From assembly GCA_963713605.1 (NCBI GenBank), contig CAVQMO010000001.1, positions 1,100,802-1,164,801 on the forward strand: a stretch of 64,000 nt of DNA. Direction: 5' to 3'. Positions 1-11,921 of this stretch are shown piece after piece (positions within the stretch are counted from its first letter, which is position 1; every line of letters starts with the position of its first letter). The stretch is from an uncultured Nitrososphaerales archaeon (GTDB taxonomy: Archaea; Thermoproteota; Nitrososphaeria; Nitrososphaerales; Nitrososphaeraceae). The position numbers were made by a program, and so were the translations under genes. The notes beneath the pieces were generated by a model. It was not told the origin of the DNA. It did no database searches and worked only from the letters and a program-made list of their open reading frames with translations.

Positions 1-2
1 CA

Positions 3-1701
3 ATTACGACCACTGATCATGCTTTGGCAGATAGAGTCGGACAGACTATCGCCTACGAGGATATAGGTGGCTTGAGGGACGAGATTCAAAAAGTACGTGA
101 GATGATTGAGCTTCCTTTAAGACATCCAGAGATATTCGAGAAATTGGGAATTGAAGCTCCTAAAGGTGTGCTTCTATTTGGACCTCCTGGAACTGGTAAG
201 ACATTATTGGCAAAAGCTGTCGCGAATGAAAGTAACTCACATTTTATCAGTATATCAGGACCTGAAATAATGAGTAAATTCTATGGAGAATCTGAAGCAC
301 GTTTAAGGGAGATCTTTAAGGAGGCAAGAGAGAAGGCACCTTCGATAATTTTCATTGATGAGATAGATTCAATCGCACCAAAGAGAGAAGAGGTAACTGG
401 TGAGGTGGAACGACGAGTTGTATCTCAATTACTTTCATTGATGGATGGTTTAGAAGCTAGAGGAAAAGTTATAGTCATTGCTGCAACCAATAGACCAAAT
501 GCCTTAGATCCAGCATTACGCAGACCAGGCAGATTTGACAGAGAAATTGAGATCAAAGTTCCTGATAAACGAGGTAGACTAGAGATATTACAGATTCATG
601 CCCGTAATATGCCTCTGGAAACTGATGTAGATCAAGATAAGATTGCTGCTGTAACTCACGGATTTGTAGGTGCAGATTTAGAATATCTGTGTAAAGAAGC
701 TGCTATGAAGTGTTTGAGAAGGCTTCTACCTGAACTCAATATGGAGGATGAAAAACTTGCTCCCGAAACACTGGAAAAGCTCGTGATAAACATGAATGAT
801 TTTGACTATGCTACAAGGGAGATAACCCCGTCTGCCATGAGAGAAGTCTACGTAGAACCTCCGGATGTTAAATGGGAGGATATTGGTGGACTAGACAATG
901 TCAAAAGGGAATTGCAAGAAGCTGTAGAATGGCCAATGCGATTTCCAGAAATGTACAAGCAGCTGGGACACGAGGTTCCTAAAGGAATACTTCTACACGG
1001 ACCTTCAGGCACCGGAAAAACACTATTGGCGAAGGCAGTAGCCACTGAATCAGAGGCGAATTTCATCAGTGTTAAAGGTCCAGAATTAATGTCAAGATGG
1101 GTAGGCGAGTCTGAGAAAGGCATACGAGACATATTTAGGAAGGCAAGACAGGCGAGCACCTTGTGTTATATTCTTCGACGAGATAGATTCTATTGCACCT
1201 GTCAGAGGTTTAGAAGGTGTAGGGTACGCGAGTACGGAGAGAATGGTCTCACAATTACTTACAGAGATGGACGGCGTACAGGAAATTCATGACGTTGTAA
1301 TTATCGCGGCCACAAATAGAGTGGATATGATTGATCCTGCACTCTTACGGCCAGGGAGATTCGACAGAATTGTGTTCATATCAAATCCAGATAAATTCAC
1401 CAGGAAAAAAATCCTTGAGATAAATACCAAAGGCAAGCCAATAGGGCAGGACGTAGACCTAGAGAAGATTGCGACCATCACTGAAGGCTTTAGCGGCGCC
1501 GACATGGCGGCAATAGGCAACACCGCAATATCGCTGGTTCTCCACAATTATCTTCAAAAGTATCCAACACCAGAAGAGGCTCTCAAACATTCATCAGAAG
1601 CTCTTGTATCTATGCATCATTTTGAGGAAGCCACTAAGAAGGTTCGAAACCAGAAGGAAATGAAACCAGAGGAGAAACCAAATCTTTCACAGTACAGGTG
1701 A
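3..1701 (+). CDS. cdc48: Cdc48/VAT (p97-like) AAA+ ATPase, 5' end outside window; one apparent +1 frameshift near 1154
   Basis: Two AAA modules (GPPGTGKT / IIFIDEID / [11 protein letters not shown], and GPSGTGKT / [10 protein letters not shown]). ORFs 24..1292 and 1243..1701 join if CAGGCGAGCACC is read CAG GCA GCA CCT (RQAAPC). Confidence 0.95.
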
Positions 1702-2062
1702 TCAATAAACATACTTTTCTTTTTCCCGTAAGCAATTTATTATATTTTTTTAATTATCTTGATGAGTTGAACTTCAGAGTTTGCATAGTGCTTTCGGAAT
1801 GTCAGCAACTTCTCTAAATGGTAGGATGTCGTTTCTCTATCAAGGCTTGAGTAATAAACTACAAATTGTGCAAGTTGTGCAATCGATAACTTGGCTGTAT
1901 AAAAATGGATGGAACGGCGCGAATGGGATAAGTTTGTAAATTTGCAGCCAGACTAGATGAGACCCGGAATATTCCTATTTCAAGAGCATTTAGAAAAAAT
2001 ACAGGCAGTCCGGAGAAAGACCCTGTTTTGATAACTACACTTGGTTCTTTTCTAAAGATTGG

Positions 2063-2847
2063 CTACTTCTCTTTTGGTTTACGGCTATAGCTTCTCAAAG
2101 TTTCTACGACCCACTTCACGTCTTCTTTAGTCTTTGCTAAATTGGCAATCTTTACGCAATCCCTAATATCTCTAGACTTCAATTTTGTCCATACCACGTC
2201 AGCAACTTCCGCTGCTATATCTTCGGCAATTCCTTCACCGTGACACAACAGATGGATAGTGACTTCTTTGAAGCTACCGTATTTGTACGGTTTAAAGTAT
2301 AACACTAAAAATCTGGAGAGAAGTGGTGTAAGCATTCTCTCAGTAGCATTACTTGTGGCAAAGACCCAGGTCTTTAACTGTGTATTGCGAGCCTTCTGGA
2401 ACTTGGTCTCAGCGATTATTCCTGTTTCCATAAGGCTGAGTAGAGCTGTTTGGTCCTTCAAAGGCATATGTTCGATTTCATCAATAATAAGGTACCTTGG
2501 ACGTTTCTCAAACAGGTATTCTATCATGCCAGATTTAGTGCTATGACTTCCAAGCGTAAAGTAGGATCTTCAAGCTTCATACATTCTAACATAAAGAGGG
2601 TTTTTGCGGAAGCAGGAGGCCCCACCAGGAGAATATGTACTGGTCTCTCCTTAGAATATAGTGACAAATGGAACAATTTTTTTATGTCTTCATAACCCAC
2701 GATATTAGAAAAAAGCTCTTCCCCACCTTGAAACTGAGAGATCGTATCACCATCGACTGGTTCTGCCGCTTTATTATTTAGGGATACCACATTTTTTTCG
2801 TCACTTGAGTACACTCGACTATTGACGGCACTTTCGGATGCGTGCAT
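2063..2847 (-). CDS. Small AAA+ ATPase (RuvB/MCM-like module), split by one frameshift near 2570
   Basis: Walker A variant LLVGPPASAKT in 2524..2847; Walker B LIIDEIE, FATSN and LLSRF in 2063..2527. Adding one A restores KLERSYFTLGSHSTKSGMIEYL. Confidence 0.85.
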
Positions 2848-3207
2848 GCAAAGTAACTACTCTCATCGGTAATAAAGACATTTGAGCCAAATAATGGTGT
2901 CAATTTACTTGATAAATGTAGACAGGTGTAATGAATGACTTTGTAAGCTTTTCTTCTTTAAGCAGTAATTCGGAAAAATAAATGGTAACGCAACTGATAT
3001 CGCAACTCATACTGTAAATGTAAAGTTTCTTGTTGTACTTACCTTGTTATCTTTCTATTTTCAATGTATTGTAAAATCTGTTGTACCAATAAAAAGCTCC
3101 AATCAAAATAACTTAATCAGTCATGAAAAATAGATCCCATATCCACATCTCTTTGGTGCTGCCCTCTAGAAAGTGATGCACAAACCCGTCGTCAGCAATC
3201 GCATTAA

Positions 3208-3822
3208 TTAGAAGAGATAACTCTGATGGTCTAGGATAGGGTATGTTATTGAAAGGATTAAATCAATTAGGCCTGTTTTAGTCTCGCCTATCATTCTCCC
3301 TTCTTCATTCTCGTAAAAACCCCATGGAAGAATCAAATTATAAGCCACTACTGACCCGGAGACAACAATGACCGTAACAACGCTAAACGTATGAACCTGA
3401 TTGCGTCTCACAAGTCTGAGAGCAGTGAAGAGATGTAATGAAAAGAATACATAGCCGACTATCCAACATGGATCCGCAACAGACACAACTAACGACTGTT
3501 CTTCCTCCTTGTGTTGAACAAAATGACCGTACGCCAGTGACAAGTCTGCTATTAACCAGAACAAAATTCCCAGTGTGAGATATAGCAACGATTGACCGTG
3601 TGTACCAGTGATGCGATATCGATATATTGTAACGAAACCGTATATGGTTGCTAGACAGGCAGTAATGTTGAGAGCGGCAACCGTAGTCGAATAATGTTGA
3701 CTCGGAAAATGTAAAACAATGTTTATTATCAGCACATTAACAATGATGACGATTATTCCCATCGCGACGCAAAACCTAACTACTAGTTTTTGAAGTAATT
3801 GAGGAGAAGCGTTATCATGCAT
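3208..3822 (-). CDS. Multi-pass membrane protein (sensor-like membrane domain), C-terminus probably frameshifted or decayed
   Basis: 5-6 hydrophobic helices, ADPCWIVGY and YPILD motifs; downstream sequence continues with similar hydrophobic codons in another frame. Confidence 0.6.
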   Translation of the reverse strand: MHDNASPQLLQKLVVRFCVAMGIIVIIVNVLIINIVLHFPSQHYSTTVAALNITACLATIYGFVTIYRYRITGTHGQSLLYLTLGILFWLIADLSLAYGHFVQHKEEEQSLVVSVADPCWIVGYVFFSLHLFTALRLVRRNQVHTFSVVTVIVVSGSVVAYNLILPWGFYENEEGRMIGETKTGLIDLILSITYPILDHQSYLF

Positions 3823-4588
3823 CGGGTACTTTGTCGCTTTGCTCCTCTAAATATAAACCAAACGTTATAGTGAGTTTTCCAAACAGAGGACAAATGACAG
3901 CTTGATTCAGTCGACCCCATTTTAAGATGCAACTTCCATATTTTCACTCAAATCACATTGAAGATAGTTTTTCTTTGATGCAGAGTAGGAAAAATGTCGA
4001 ATACTCTGATAATAGTATTAACTACCGAAAATCAATATACAATTGTATAAACCTGTATACAATCAGTCAATCTTTGACCTACATACAGAATCCATATCCT
4101 CTTATTTCCTCCACATTGGTTTCCAGCCAGTACCTTTTCAGATTATTTAGTGCGATCGCAAAGAATTCACATGAACCGAACAGTAAGGTAAGTTACATCT
4201 ATATTTCTTAGGAAGTAAGAAGATTAAGTATGAAGAATTGGTCGTCGTCTGGATGCAGTGGGCAATTTACAGATCCCAACTTAGAATATAGATTTTATGA
4301 ATACCGGATTACCAGCAAACGATTGATACCATCACAGATATTATACCTCAAAAACTCATAATAATCACGTCCGTGCGACACGCCTCGAAATGAAAGAAGA
4401 ACACAGCTTACGCACACACAGGAGCAAGCTATACATTTTGCTAGCAGGGGGTTCAAATTATCAATTCATATTCCTTATGTTTGCATTGTATTACCTTGTT
4501 TCGCTAAGATTTAAGCTTGGCTTAATTTCATGGTACATCGATGAATATTCTGTTCAAGAATATATTACGAGTCATGAGGAATTAGTCT

Positions 4589-5084
4589 ATGAGTTTCACA
4601 GGCAACCACAGAATTCAAGATCCAAGAGTATTCCGGGTCATTTCATTTGTTTCACTTGGTCTAGTCTTTGCCGTTATTATTATTGGTGCTTTTCTGAGCG
4701 CGCGGGGTCAAGGACTTTCGTGTTCAGATTGGCCGTTGTGTCCAACTGGATTCAGTCTGTCACCTGAAGGAGAGTACTTCATAGAATACGTTCACAGGAT
4801 TGTTGCAGTGATCACTGCTGTATTCGTTTACGTCACCGCCTGCTACGCAATCAAAAGAGTGGCCAGGGCTAGAAGGGGCTGCTATCGCTACCGCCGTGGC
4901 AGTTTCGTTTCAAATTGCAATTGGCATGCTAGTTGTATTTTCAGAACTACAACCAATAATAGTCGCTATTCATACGGGAGTGGGTGTCATCTCTTTAGCA
5001 TCGGCTTTACTGACGTTTATCTTATCCTTCCCAGCCTTCACAGGTCATCCAGTCTCAAATAAAGCATCATCTGAAGTAAATTGA
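4589..5084 (+). CDS. COX15/CtaA-family (heme A synthase-like) half-size protein, frameshift near 4876
   Basis: GLSCSDWPLC and EYVHR motifs, then QIAIG...VAIH in the next frame (4896..5084). Confidence 0.85.
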
Positions 5085-5332
5085 GGCAAATGTGATTGAT
5101 AGTGGCTTTTTGGATGGTACCCATGAACGTTAAAGATAGTTACTTCTTAACTCCAAGACGTAATTCAAAAATAACTTACTACATATGTGATATATCCTCA
5201 ACCGTTAAACAGGTTTGTCGTTATATTCAAAAGGACTACCTACCGAATAGGATCTACAATTCTTGCGCTCAAAGGTTGATTCATGAAAACCGAGGATAAG
5301 GCCATCAAAAGGGCAGCAAAGATACATTTGAA

Positions 5333-6001
5333 TCAGATTTTTGTCCCTCCCAACTGACTATTGTCCTCACCGCTATGATCATTTACTGTCCATGGGAACC
5401 GCTTACCGATTATTGAACTCCAATCGAGCCTTGTCACGAAGTAAATGAGGCATCCTACTAACGATATACTAACTATTGCGAATAAGGCCAAGTACAGAGG
5501 ATCGGTAGTTCTTTTTAGTAATTGCTGGGCCAGTGGCATTCCCCAAAGTAGGAGTATCCATACCACTGCCAAATTGACTATGAGCTTTCCAAGGAAAGTT
5601 GTCACAACAAATTTCCATGGAGTAAATTTGGAGATACCAAGGAGAATAATAATAATATCATCAGGTGGAAATGGGGTTAACGCTGCTACAAACGAGCCTA
5701 ATGAACCATATTTTGCGAGCAATAATTGCAATGGGGTCATCCTAGTCAATGTCTTCTTCTTGATAAGGCTCCTGCCGTGATAGCTGGCCAAAAAAATCGT
5801 TGTTCGTCCTAAGGTTACCCCGATGGCAGTAACTAATGCAAGCAAGTTCGGATCGAATCTACCGCTCAGCAGCGCGATAATCAACACAGGTATATAAGGG
5901 ATCGGTACGAAGACGATTAGGCTTATGAGTGACGTTACTATCAAAACTCCAACATAACCTAGACTGCTACCTATCGAGAACATCTCCTCAAAAAGAGTCA
6001 T
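5333..6001 (-). CDS. DedA/VTT (SNARE-associated) membrane protein
   Basis: FVPIPY, GxTLG, ALTPFPPDD and F...FLGK motifs; multiple TM helices. Confidence 0.85.
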   Translation of the reverse strand: MTLFEEMFSIGSSLGYVGVLIVTSLISLIVFVPIPYIPVLIIALLSGRFDPNLLALVTAIGVTLGRTTIFLASYHGRSLIKKKTLTRMTPLQLLLAKYGSLGSFVAALTPFPPDDIIIILLGISKFTPWKFVVTTFLGKLIVNLAVVWILLLWGMPLAQQLLKRTTDPLYLALFAIVSISLVGCLIYFVTRLDWSSIIGKRFPWTVNDHSGEDNSQLGGTKI

Positions 6002-6275
6002 TAGCGAAACTATTCGAATTAAGCGGCTAGTTCAATATTTATGAATCGGATATTTGCTCTATGTTCTAATTGCAGATTTTTTGATCCGAATTCAAATGGT
6101 CTCACTCTTTCCTAAACTTAAGACATCTGAGACACTTAGTATCAAGTATATAGATACCAAATAAGTGATATAAGAAGTTGTAGCTATTTGGATATTTATT
6201 GGCCAGTAACGAAGATATCCTTATTCGGAAGCCACGCGTCAGGTTAATTCCCTATAAAATGATAGCAGTTGATCT

Positions 6276-6680
6276 CTACCTGGATTTGGTTACTTGAATA
6301 TCACCCTCGTTTGCAGTGACTGTTACCTTAGAGAAATTCAATTCTGTGCTCCCAGGGGGCGTAATCATGACGGATGCGAATGGTCCCATGGTCCCAATTT
6401 GTTGAATTTGATCTCGATCACCAAATTGCACAGATACATTCTTGAGGGTATCAAAATTGTTATTTGATATCCTGACACTTACTGTTTGCATAGTTCCCAT
6501 CACTTCACTACGCTCAACAATTTCTACATTCAATCCTGACCTTGGGATATAGACTGACAGTACCACTACTCCTACAATAACAAAGCCTGCGATTATGATG
6601 TATTTTATAATTTTTACGTAGTTCCTCTTTCTGGAAAATCCTTCGTCGTCGGCGAAACGGTTATTCTCCCATCTTCCCAT
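6276..6680 (-). CDS. Membrane-anchored small beta-sandwich protein
   Basis: One N-terminal TM after a basic patch, then beta-rich domain (VRISNN...LKNVSV). Confidence 0.7.
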   Translation of the reverse strand: MGRWENNRFADDEGFSRKRNYVKIIKYIIIAGFVIVGVVVLSVYIPRSGLNVEIVERSEVMGTMQTVSVRISNNNFDTLKNVSVQFGDRDQIQQIGTMGPFASVMITPPGSTELNFSKVTVTANEGDIQVTKSR

Positions 6681-7381
6681 GAAGAAGAATATACATTTTA
6701 GTGTTATATTGTTATGGATTCTTATTGCATTTCTTGATTAGAACCAAACGATTCAGATATGCTTGTACAATGTAGAAGGAAAAGGTAAGTCAACTAAAAT
6801 ATCAAAGCGTGTCAAATGGTTAGTAGATTGGGTAAGGGGAACTGAAATACTTTTATCATCATTAACTTTCCTTATCGCTATTCGGTTCTAATGGAAAAAG
6901 TTTTCGCATATTAAAGGAAGGGGACACGAATGCCAAATGACAGGTCAGCACATAGTCGAGTTCGATTCAGTCTGAGTTGACCAATATTTAGGTTATTTAT
7001 TGCCGGAGTTCAAAGTTAACGCCTTGGATTACTGCTACAAGGCATTATTTGAGTAATAACAAGACTCTTATCATGATTCTCGCAAGGAGAAGATTAAAGG
7101 ACCAGTAGCAAGCAAATATTTTCACTAAAGCTCAAACGTGAACCGGTTATCACTATTAGTAGTTCATTATTAGTAGTCATTATACGTACAAATAATCTAG
7201 CAAAGAATTAATACTAAAATTCTAATATCTTTTTTAAGAGGCTAAAGGTTGATTATATTGAGAGTTCAATATCTAAAATATGTTCGTCAATCCTATTCTA
7301 GCATAACCATTACCTAGTGAGAAGTTGACTCGATATCTTTCTCAATTCAGATAAATCAATATTGGACATCTATTTATAATT

Positions 7382-7609
7382 ATGACAAGCCTCAGAATTT
7401 TAACTGTAACTATAGCATTGACAGGGCTGATCATTGGATCACTATTCATCGGTCAGGGTAACTCCTATGGAAAGGATTACCAAAAAAAATCCCTTGCTGT
7501 TTCACAGGCCAATTACTGCGGACAGGGAGAGGTCGGGATGAGTGTTCAATGCACTAATACTGTATCACAGACTCAAGGAAATGAAAACGGAGTAGCGGTA
7601 ACAGACTAG
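7382..7609 (+). CDS. Small secreted Cys-pair Gln/Asn-rich peptide P1 (divergent family member)
   Basis: Signal peptide plus SQANYCGQGEVGMSVQCTNTVSQTQGNENGV, aligning with peptides at 42.5, 47.8 and 58.9 kb. Confidence 0.8.
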   Translation: MTSLRILTVTIALTGLIIGSLFIGQGNSYGKDYQKKSLAVSQANYCGQGEVGMSVQCTNTVSQTQGNENGVAVTD

Positions 7610-7843
7610 GAATTATTTTTGAATTTCATTACCTACTCTGAATCCTTTAACTTTATTGAAGGATATTTCCTTCTAAAGATTCTTTCGTTGCCATAGCATA
7701 GGATTCAAGTAGTATTGAGAATATGGGTTGCCGGCTGTTAAAAACAAAAATACGATGAACAGGAGCTGGTCGTCTTCTGATTGTCAACTTGAAGCAATAA
7801 TCATGATCTCACCTCCTAAAAAGAGGGTTACAAACGAATGGAC

Positions 7844-9655
7844 CTAGTGTTTCTGTGAGCGATCATACAAGTCACTGAAGAAATCATCCTGACGATCAAT
7901 TGGTGGTTGTGTGGGAAAATTGTTACCATTGCCAGGTTGCAACTTTCCAAGTTCAGTCGACCCTACAATGACAGGGATTTTTAGGGGTTGACCATTACGC
8001 ACTAAAATAACTTGGATAGTGTCGCCTATGCTCTTGTTCCTGATGAATTCATCGAAGGCATCAACATTAGGTATCATTGTATCGTCAATTCTTACAATTA
8101 CGTCTCCTCCTATCTCAACTGGGGTGCCACCTATATCTGCAAGAATAAATCCACCTCTAATCCCAGCTCTCTCAGCCGGTCCGTCTGCAAATACATCAAC
8201 CACAAGGACACCTTCTCGCCCACCATGTTGATCGTCAATTGATAGTTGTTCTTGTTCTTGTTGTTGTTGTTGTTGTTGTTGCGAACCTGTTAGGTTCATT
8301 CTTGCCGCTATTTGTTCAGTCATGTTTATTGTATTGATGCCAAGGGTGGGATGCTGCTGTTGGCTCTGCTCAGTTTCTAGCAGTCGTTGTGTTGGTCTTT
8401 CTGCGACTGTCATGTTAATTTCTTGGATTTTTCCATCTCTTAACACACTAAGTATCACAGCATCACCTACAGATCTTTCTGATTGAAGGTACGAAAGTAG
8501 ATCTTCAATCTTTCTGACGGTGACGTTTTCTACAGCAACAATTACATCCCCTCCTAATTCGATTTGTCTTCCATTAATATCCTTCAACACTCCTCCGCCT
8601 CTAATACCAGATCTTTCTGCTGGGCTTCCTGATGTAACCTCAGTAACCAAGAATCCTCTAGAATCATTCAAATCCATCTCACGCGCGATTTCTGGAGACA
8701 TGTCTACGCCAGCTATTCCTATATACGGATGTCTATATATTCCAGTGGATATTAGCTCCGGTACTACTTTCCTAATAATATTTGATGGGATAGCAGATCC
8801 AACTCCTGCATATACCCCAACATTTGAGAAAATTTCTGTATTCATTCCAATAACTTCCCCTGCAATGTTAAGCAGTGGCCCACCGGAGTTGCCGGGAGTT
8901 ATAGCAGCATCAGTTTGAACTAAGTTCGGTATCAAAAATAATGGAGTATCTTGTTGACGTAATAGAAGATCACCTTGAGGAACAGAGGATGGGAGGATTC
9001 TTCCAAAGCCACTCACTATCCCCTCGGTCATCGATCCCGAGAGTCCAAAGGGATTTCCTACCGCTAGCACAGGTTGTCCAATTCTGAGTTCGGATGAATT
9101 ACCTAGAGGTAATGGTATGAGGCTCTTTCCAGTTATGTTCTCTATTTTCATGACAGCCAACTCGGAGTAAAGATCTGCACCAATGACTCTGCCAATATAT
9201 GTCGTACCGTCTAGGAAAGTTATATGAAAATCTCTATCGCTTAGGTTTATTTCTTGGCTTTCCTGTGGATCAGCAACCACGTTGTAATTAGTGACAACAT
9301 GACCCAGATTATTATAGATAAAGCCGGAACCTTGTCTTGACCCAATAGAGGTGGCGGAAGCTTCGCTTATTTGAACTACTGATTGATCGACATCATTGAA
9401 CAATGTAGTGAGATTGCGTTCCATATTTGGATATGTTAACCTAGGTAGCTCTTGATCATTGGAGGAGACAATAGAGTTATTTGGTGACTCTAATTGGGCA
9501 TTTAGTTCAAAGGGACAGAATGTTACTAAGAAAATGAAGAAAATGACAACAGGGAGTAAACATAATCCAAATTGTTCGCATAATTTCATACGGTCACGTA
9601 TGAAATGCCTCTTTAAATGCGTTTTGGGTAGATTCGATTCCCATGTTTTTATCAT
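7844..9655 (-). CDS. HtrA/DegP-like serine protease with two PDZ domains and a poly-Gln insert
   Basis: GSGF, GNPFGL, QTDAAITPGNSGGPL, two PDZ units; (CAA)n tract near 8250-8280. The catalytic His position reads VTNYNV. Confidence 0.92.
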   Translation of the reverse strand: MIKTWESNLPKTHLKRHFIRDRMKLCEQFGLCLLPVVIFFIFLVTFCPFELNAQLESPNNSIVSSNDQELPRLTYPNMERNLTTLFNDVDQSVVQISEASATSIGSRQGSGFIYNNLGHVVTNYNVVADPQESQEINLSDRDFHITFLDGTTYIGRVIGADLYSELAVMKIENITGKSLIPLPLGNSSELRIGQPVLAVGNPFGLSGSMTEGIVSGFGRILPSSVPQGDLLLRQQDTPLFLIPNLVQTDAAITPGNSGGPLLNIAGEVIGMNTEIFSNVGVYAGVGSAIPSNIIRKVVPELISTGIYRHPYIGIAGVDMSPEIAREMDLNDSRGFLVTEVTSGSPAERSGIRGGGVLKDINGRQIELGGDVIVAVENVTVRKIEDLLSYLQSERSVGDAVILSVLRDGKIQEINMTVAERPTQRLLETEQSQQQHPTLGINTINMTEQIAARMNLTGSQQQQQQQQEQEQLSIDDQHGGREGVLVVDVFADGPAERAGIRGGFILADIGGTPVEIGGDVIVRIDDTMIPNVDAFDEFIRNKSIGDTIQVILVRNGQPLKIPVIVGSTELGKLQPGNGNNFPTQPPIDRQDDFFSDLYDRSQKH

Positions 9656-9965
9656 TTCGATTTGCCTTATAGTGACCTTTGTGCCACTTGGTGGCTAAAT
9701 ACACATTTCCGAAGGCCAGGTATAGCCATTAGTAACGACAGTAATAATAATTCAGATATCAATTTAGAAGAACCTTGAAATTTAATAAATCCTAATTATT
9801 AAATATCTACTGCATGGATTCTTATATCTTCACACGGCTCTGGTGTATATTACATGTCTTATATTTTTGCCTGAGGCATATGAATCGAGGCAATATAACA
9901 AGCAATTAAAATCCTAAAAAAAACAGGGACGGTTTCCCGGTCTTTTAATTCCTGCTTTTGAATCT

Positions 9966-10494
9966 ATGAAACAGGAATTAAACTTGAATACTGCGCATGT
10001 ACTTCGAGTCCTAAGGAGTCGGAGCTATCATCCTTACCCTCTACTATCCAGACATGTGGATCGTTGGGGTAGGGTCAGTCTGATTCGACAGTCACATCTG
10101 GGAAGCTACCTTGAAAACCCACATACTCGTAACACCTCCAGTAGAGTTTGTTCCTTCTGGACATATTGCAGCGTTCTCTTTTGTCTCTCCTGCCTCCGAA
10201 CTACTACAGTTTACCCATTGTTCTTGGGGAATACTACCACTCTTGGCCTGTTGGTCTTGCCGGTCCTTGAGGCTCTGGAGGACCTGGAGGGCAAACTCAT
10301 ATGCAAATGCCATTTGGAAAAACCAGTGTTGCTTCGACCGTGTGGTCATCTTCAAGTCCTCGGCTCCCTGTCATCATCGGCATCGACTGTTTCTGATACG
10401 TTGAAGTTTTGGACTTTGAAATGAAACCAGAAACGCTCCCATTGCTAATAATACTACAGCTAAACTCATACACGATATTTGCATCGTGTCATAT
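9966..10494 (-). pseudogene. Secreted protein gene, multiply frameshifted; 3' end approximate
   Basis: Signal-like ANIVYMSLAVVLLAMGAFLV follows ATG 10494 after a frameshift; ORF 10092..10355 has AICPEGTNSTGG. Confidence 0.45.
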
Positions 10495-10996
10495 ATTTCA
10501 CCTAAAAATTCTGTTCCAGGTTAATATGGAATAGGAAGATTTCAATCCTCCTTAAATCTTATATCTTTTCTATATCTTTAACCCAAAAATGGTAAAAGAA
10601 TATAATCATTACATTTATTTGGGTTTCTTTTATCTAAATGACATATTTAAGGATCAAAACCAAATCAAACTGATACCAAAATAAGTCCTATTAACTTAGG
10701 CTATAGTCAATTTGGCAACATGCCATTTTTAAATCTGTAGTATGGATTACGGAAGATACTAAAAGTGTAAAGATAAAAATGAGTCGATCCCCAATTGAAG
10801 ACAACTAGGATACATCCTGTTCATGAAGCGTTTTTTTTGAGTAAGTGATATCTATAAACATTTTCTGTACTAGTGATAGCGAAAGTATATGGATATTTTA
10901 TTAGCACATGCTAAAGCATAGATTCTTTACTAGAGACTAGTATTGTAACATTAAATGTTAAGGTTATTATAATCACTTGGGTAAAGATTTCCAACG

Positions 10997-11572
10997 TTGA
11001 AAACATCACAAGCCAGTATCAAATCGGTCTATCTGGTCCTATTTTTCTTTGTGGCCACAAGTTTAAGCATTCCGGAACTTCATAACTTTTATCCGTTTGA
11101 TGTTACCGCGACGCCTTCAGTTACTATAACACCAAGTGGCGCAGATGGGGAGGAATTTGATAACGGGGATGACAACAGAATTCAAGAGGAACAACATGGA
11201 GAAGCGATACAACCCTCACTGAATGCAGAAAAACCGGATACCAACGACCAGGATCGTAAAGGTGATTATCAAATTGTTATACCTGACGGCGCTGCATGGA
11301 AAGAAACAATATCAGAACGATTTTATCCCCCAGAAATAATCGTTCCAACAGGTTCGGACGTAACATGGATAAATGAGGATGATTTAACACATGCAATTTC
11401 TAGCGGTAAAAAGGCAGGCTATGGAATGTATGAATTTCTGCAGGATGGTATATTTAACTCTGGAGACCTAGATGGTGGAGAATCGTTCACATTTCATTTC
11501 GCCAAACCTGGCAGGTTCGAATATTTCTGCGTACCGCATCCGTGGATGAACGGACTTGTTACTGTACAATAA
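10997..11572 (+). CDS. Plastocyanin/azurin-like cupredoxin, secreted
   Basis: VTWINED..H and YFCVPHPWM type-1 copper ligands; signal peptide. Confidence 0.92.
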   Translation: MKTSQASIKSVYLVLFFFVATSLSIPELHNFYPFDVTATPSVTITPSGADGEEFDNGDDNRIQEEQHGEAIQPSLNAEKPDTNDQDRKGDYQIVIPDGAAWKETISERFYPPEIIVPTGSDVTWINEDDLTHAISSGKKAGYGMYEFLQDGIFNSGDLDGGESFTFHFAKPGRFEYFCVPHPWMNGLVTVQ

Positions 11573-11921
11573 GTGATTTGGTTGCCATTTAGCTCACTTG
11601 CAAGAGGTTATTAAAGATAGCACAGTATTACAACTGTTATTCTCAGAATCATTCCAATTCATATGAATTATGTCATGAGATTGATGACAGTACCAGCAGT
11701 AATACAGCGAATTCAAATCACTTATGGTAGCATAAGGTTGGTTCTTCGATAGATTGTAATACCATTACGGGAATACCGTTTAGGATAGAGATAGGGTAAA
11801 AAAATTATAGGCGGATAGGATGACCCTTCTTTCGCAGGGGGAATGACCTGTATATTTATCAACTCCAAATAATTTTTTAGCGAATTTGTCTATATGTTCT
11901 TCAGCAATTCAACTGCAATCG

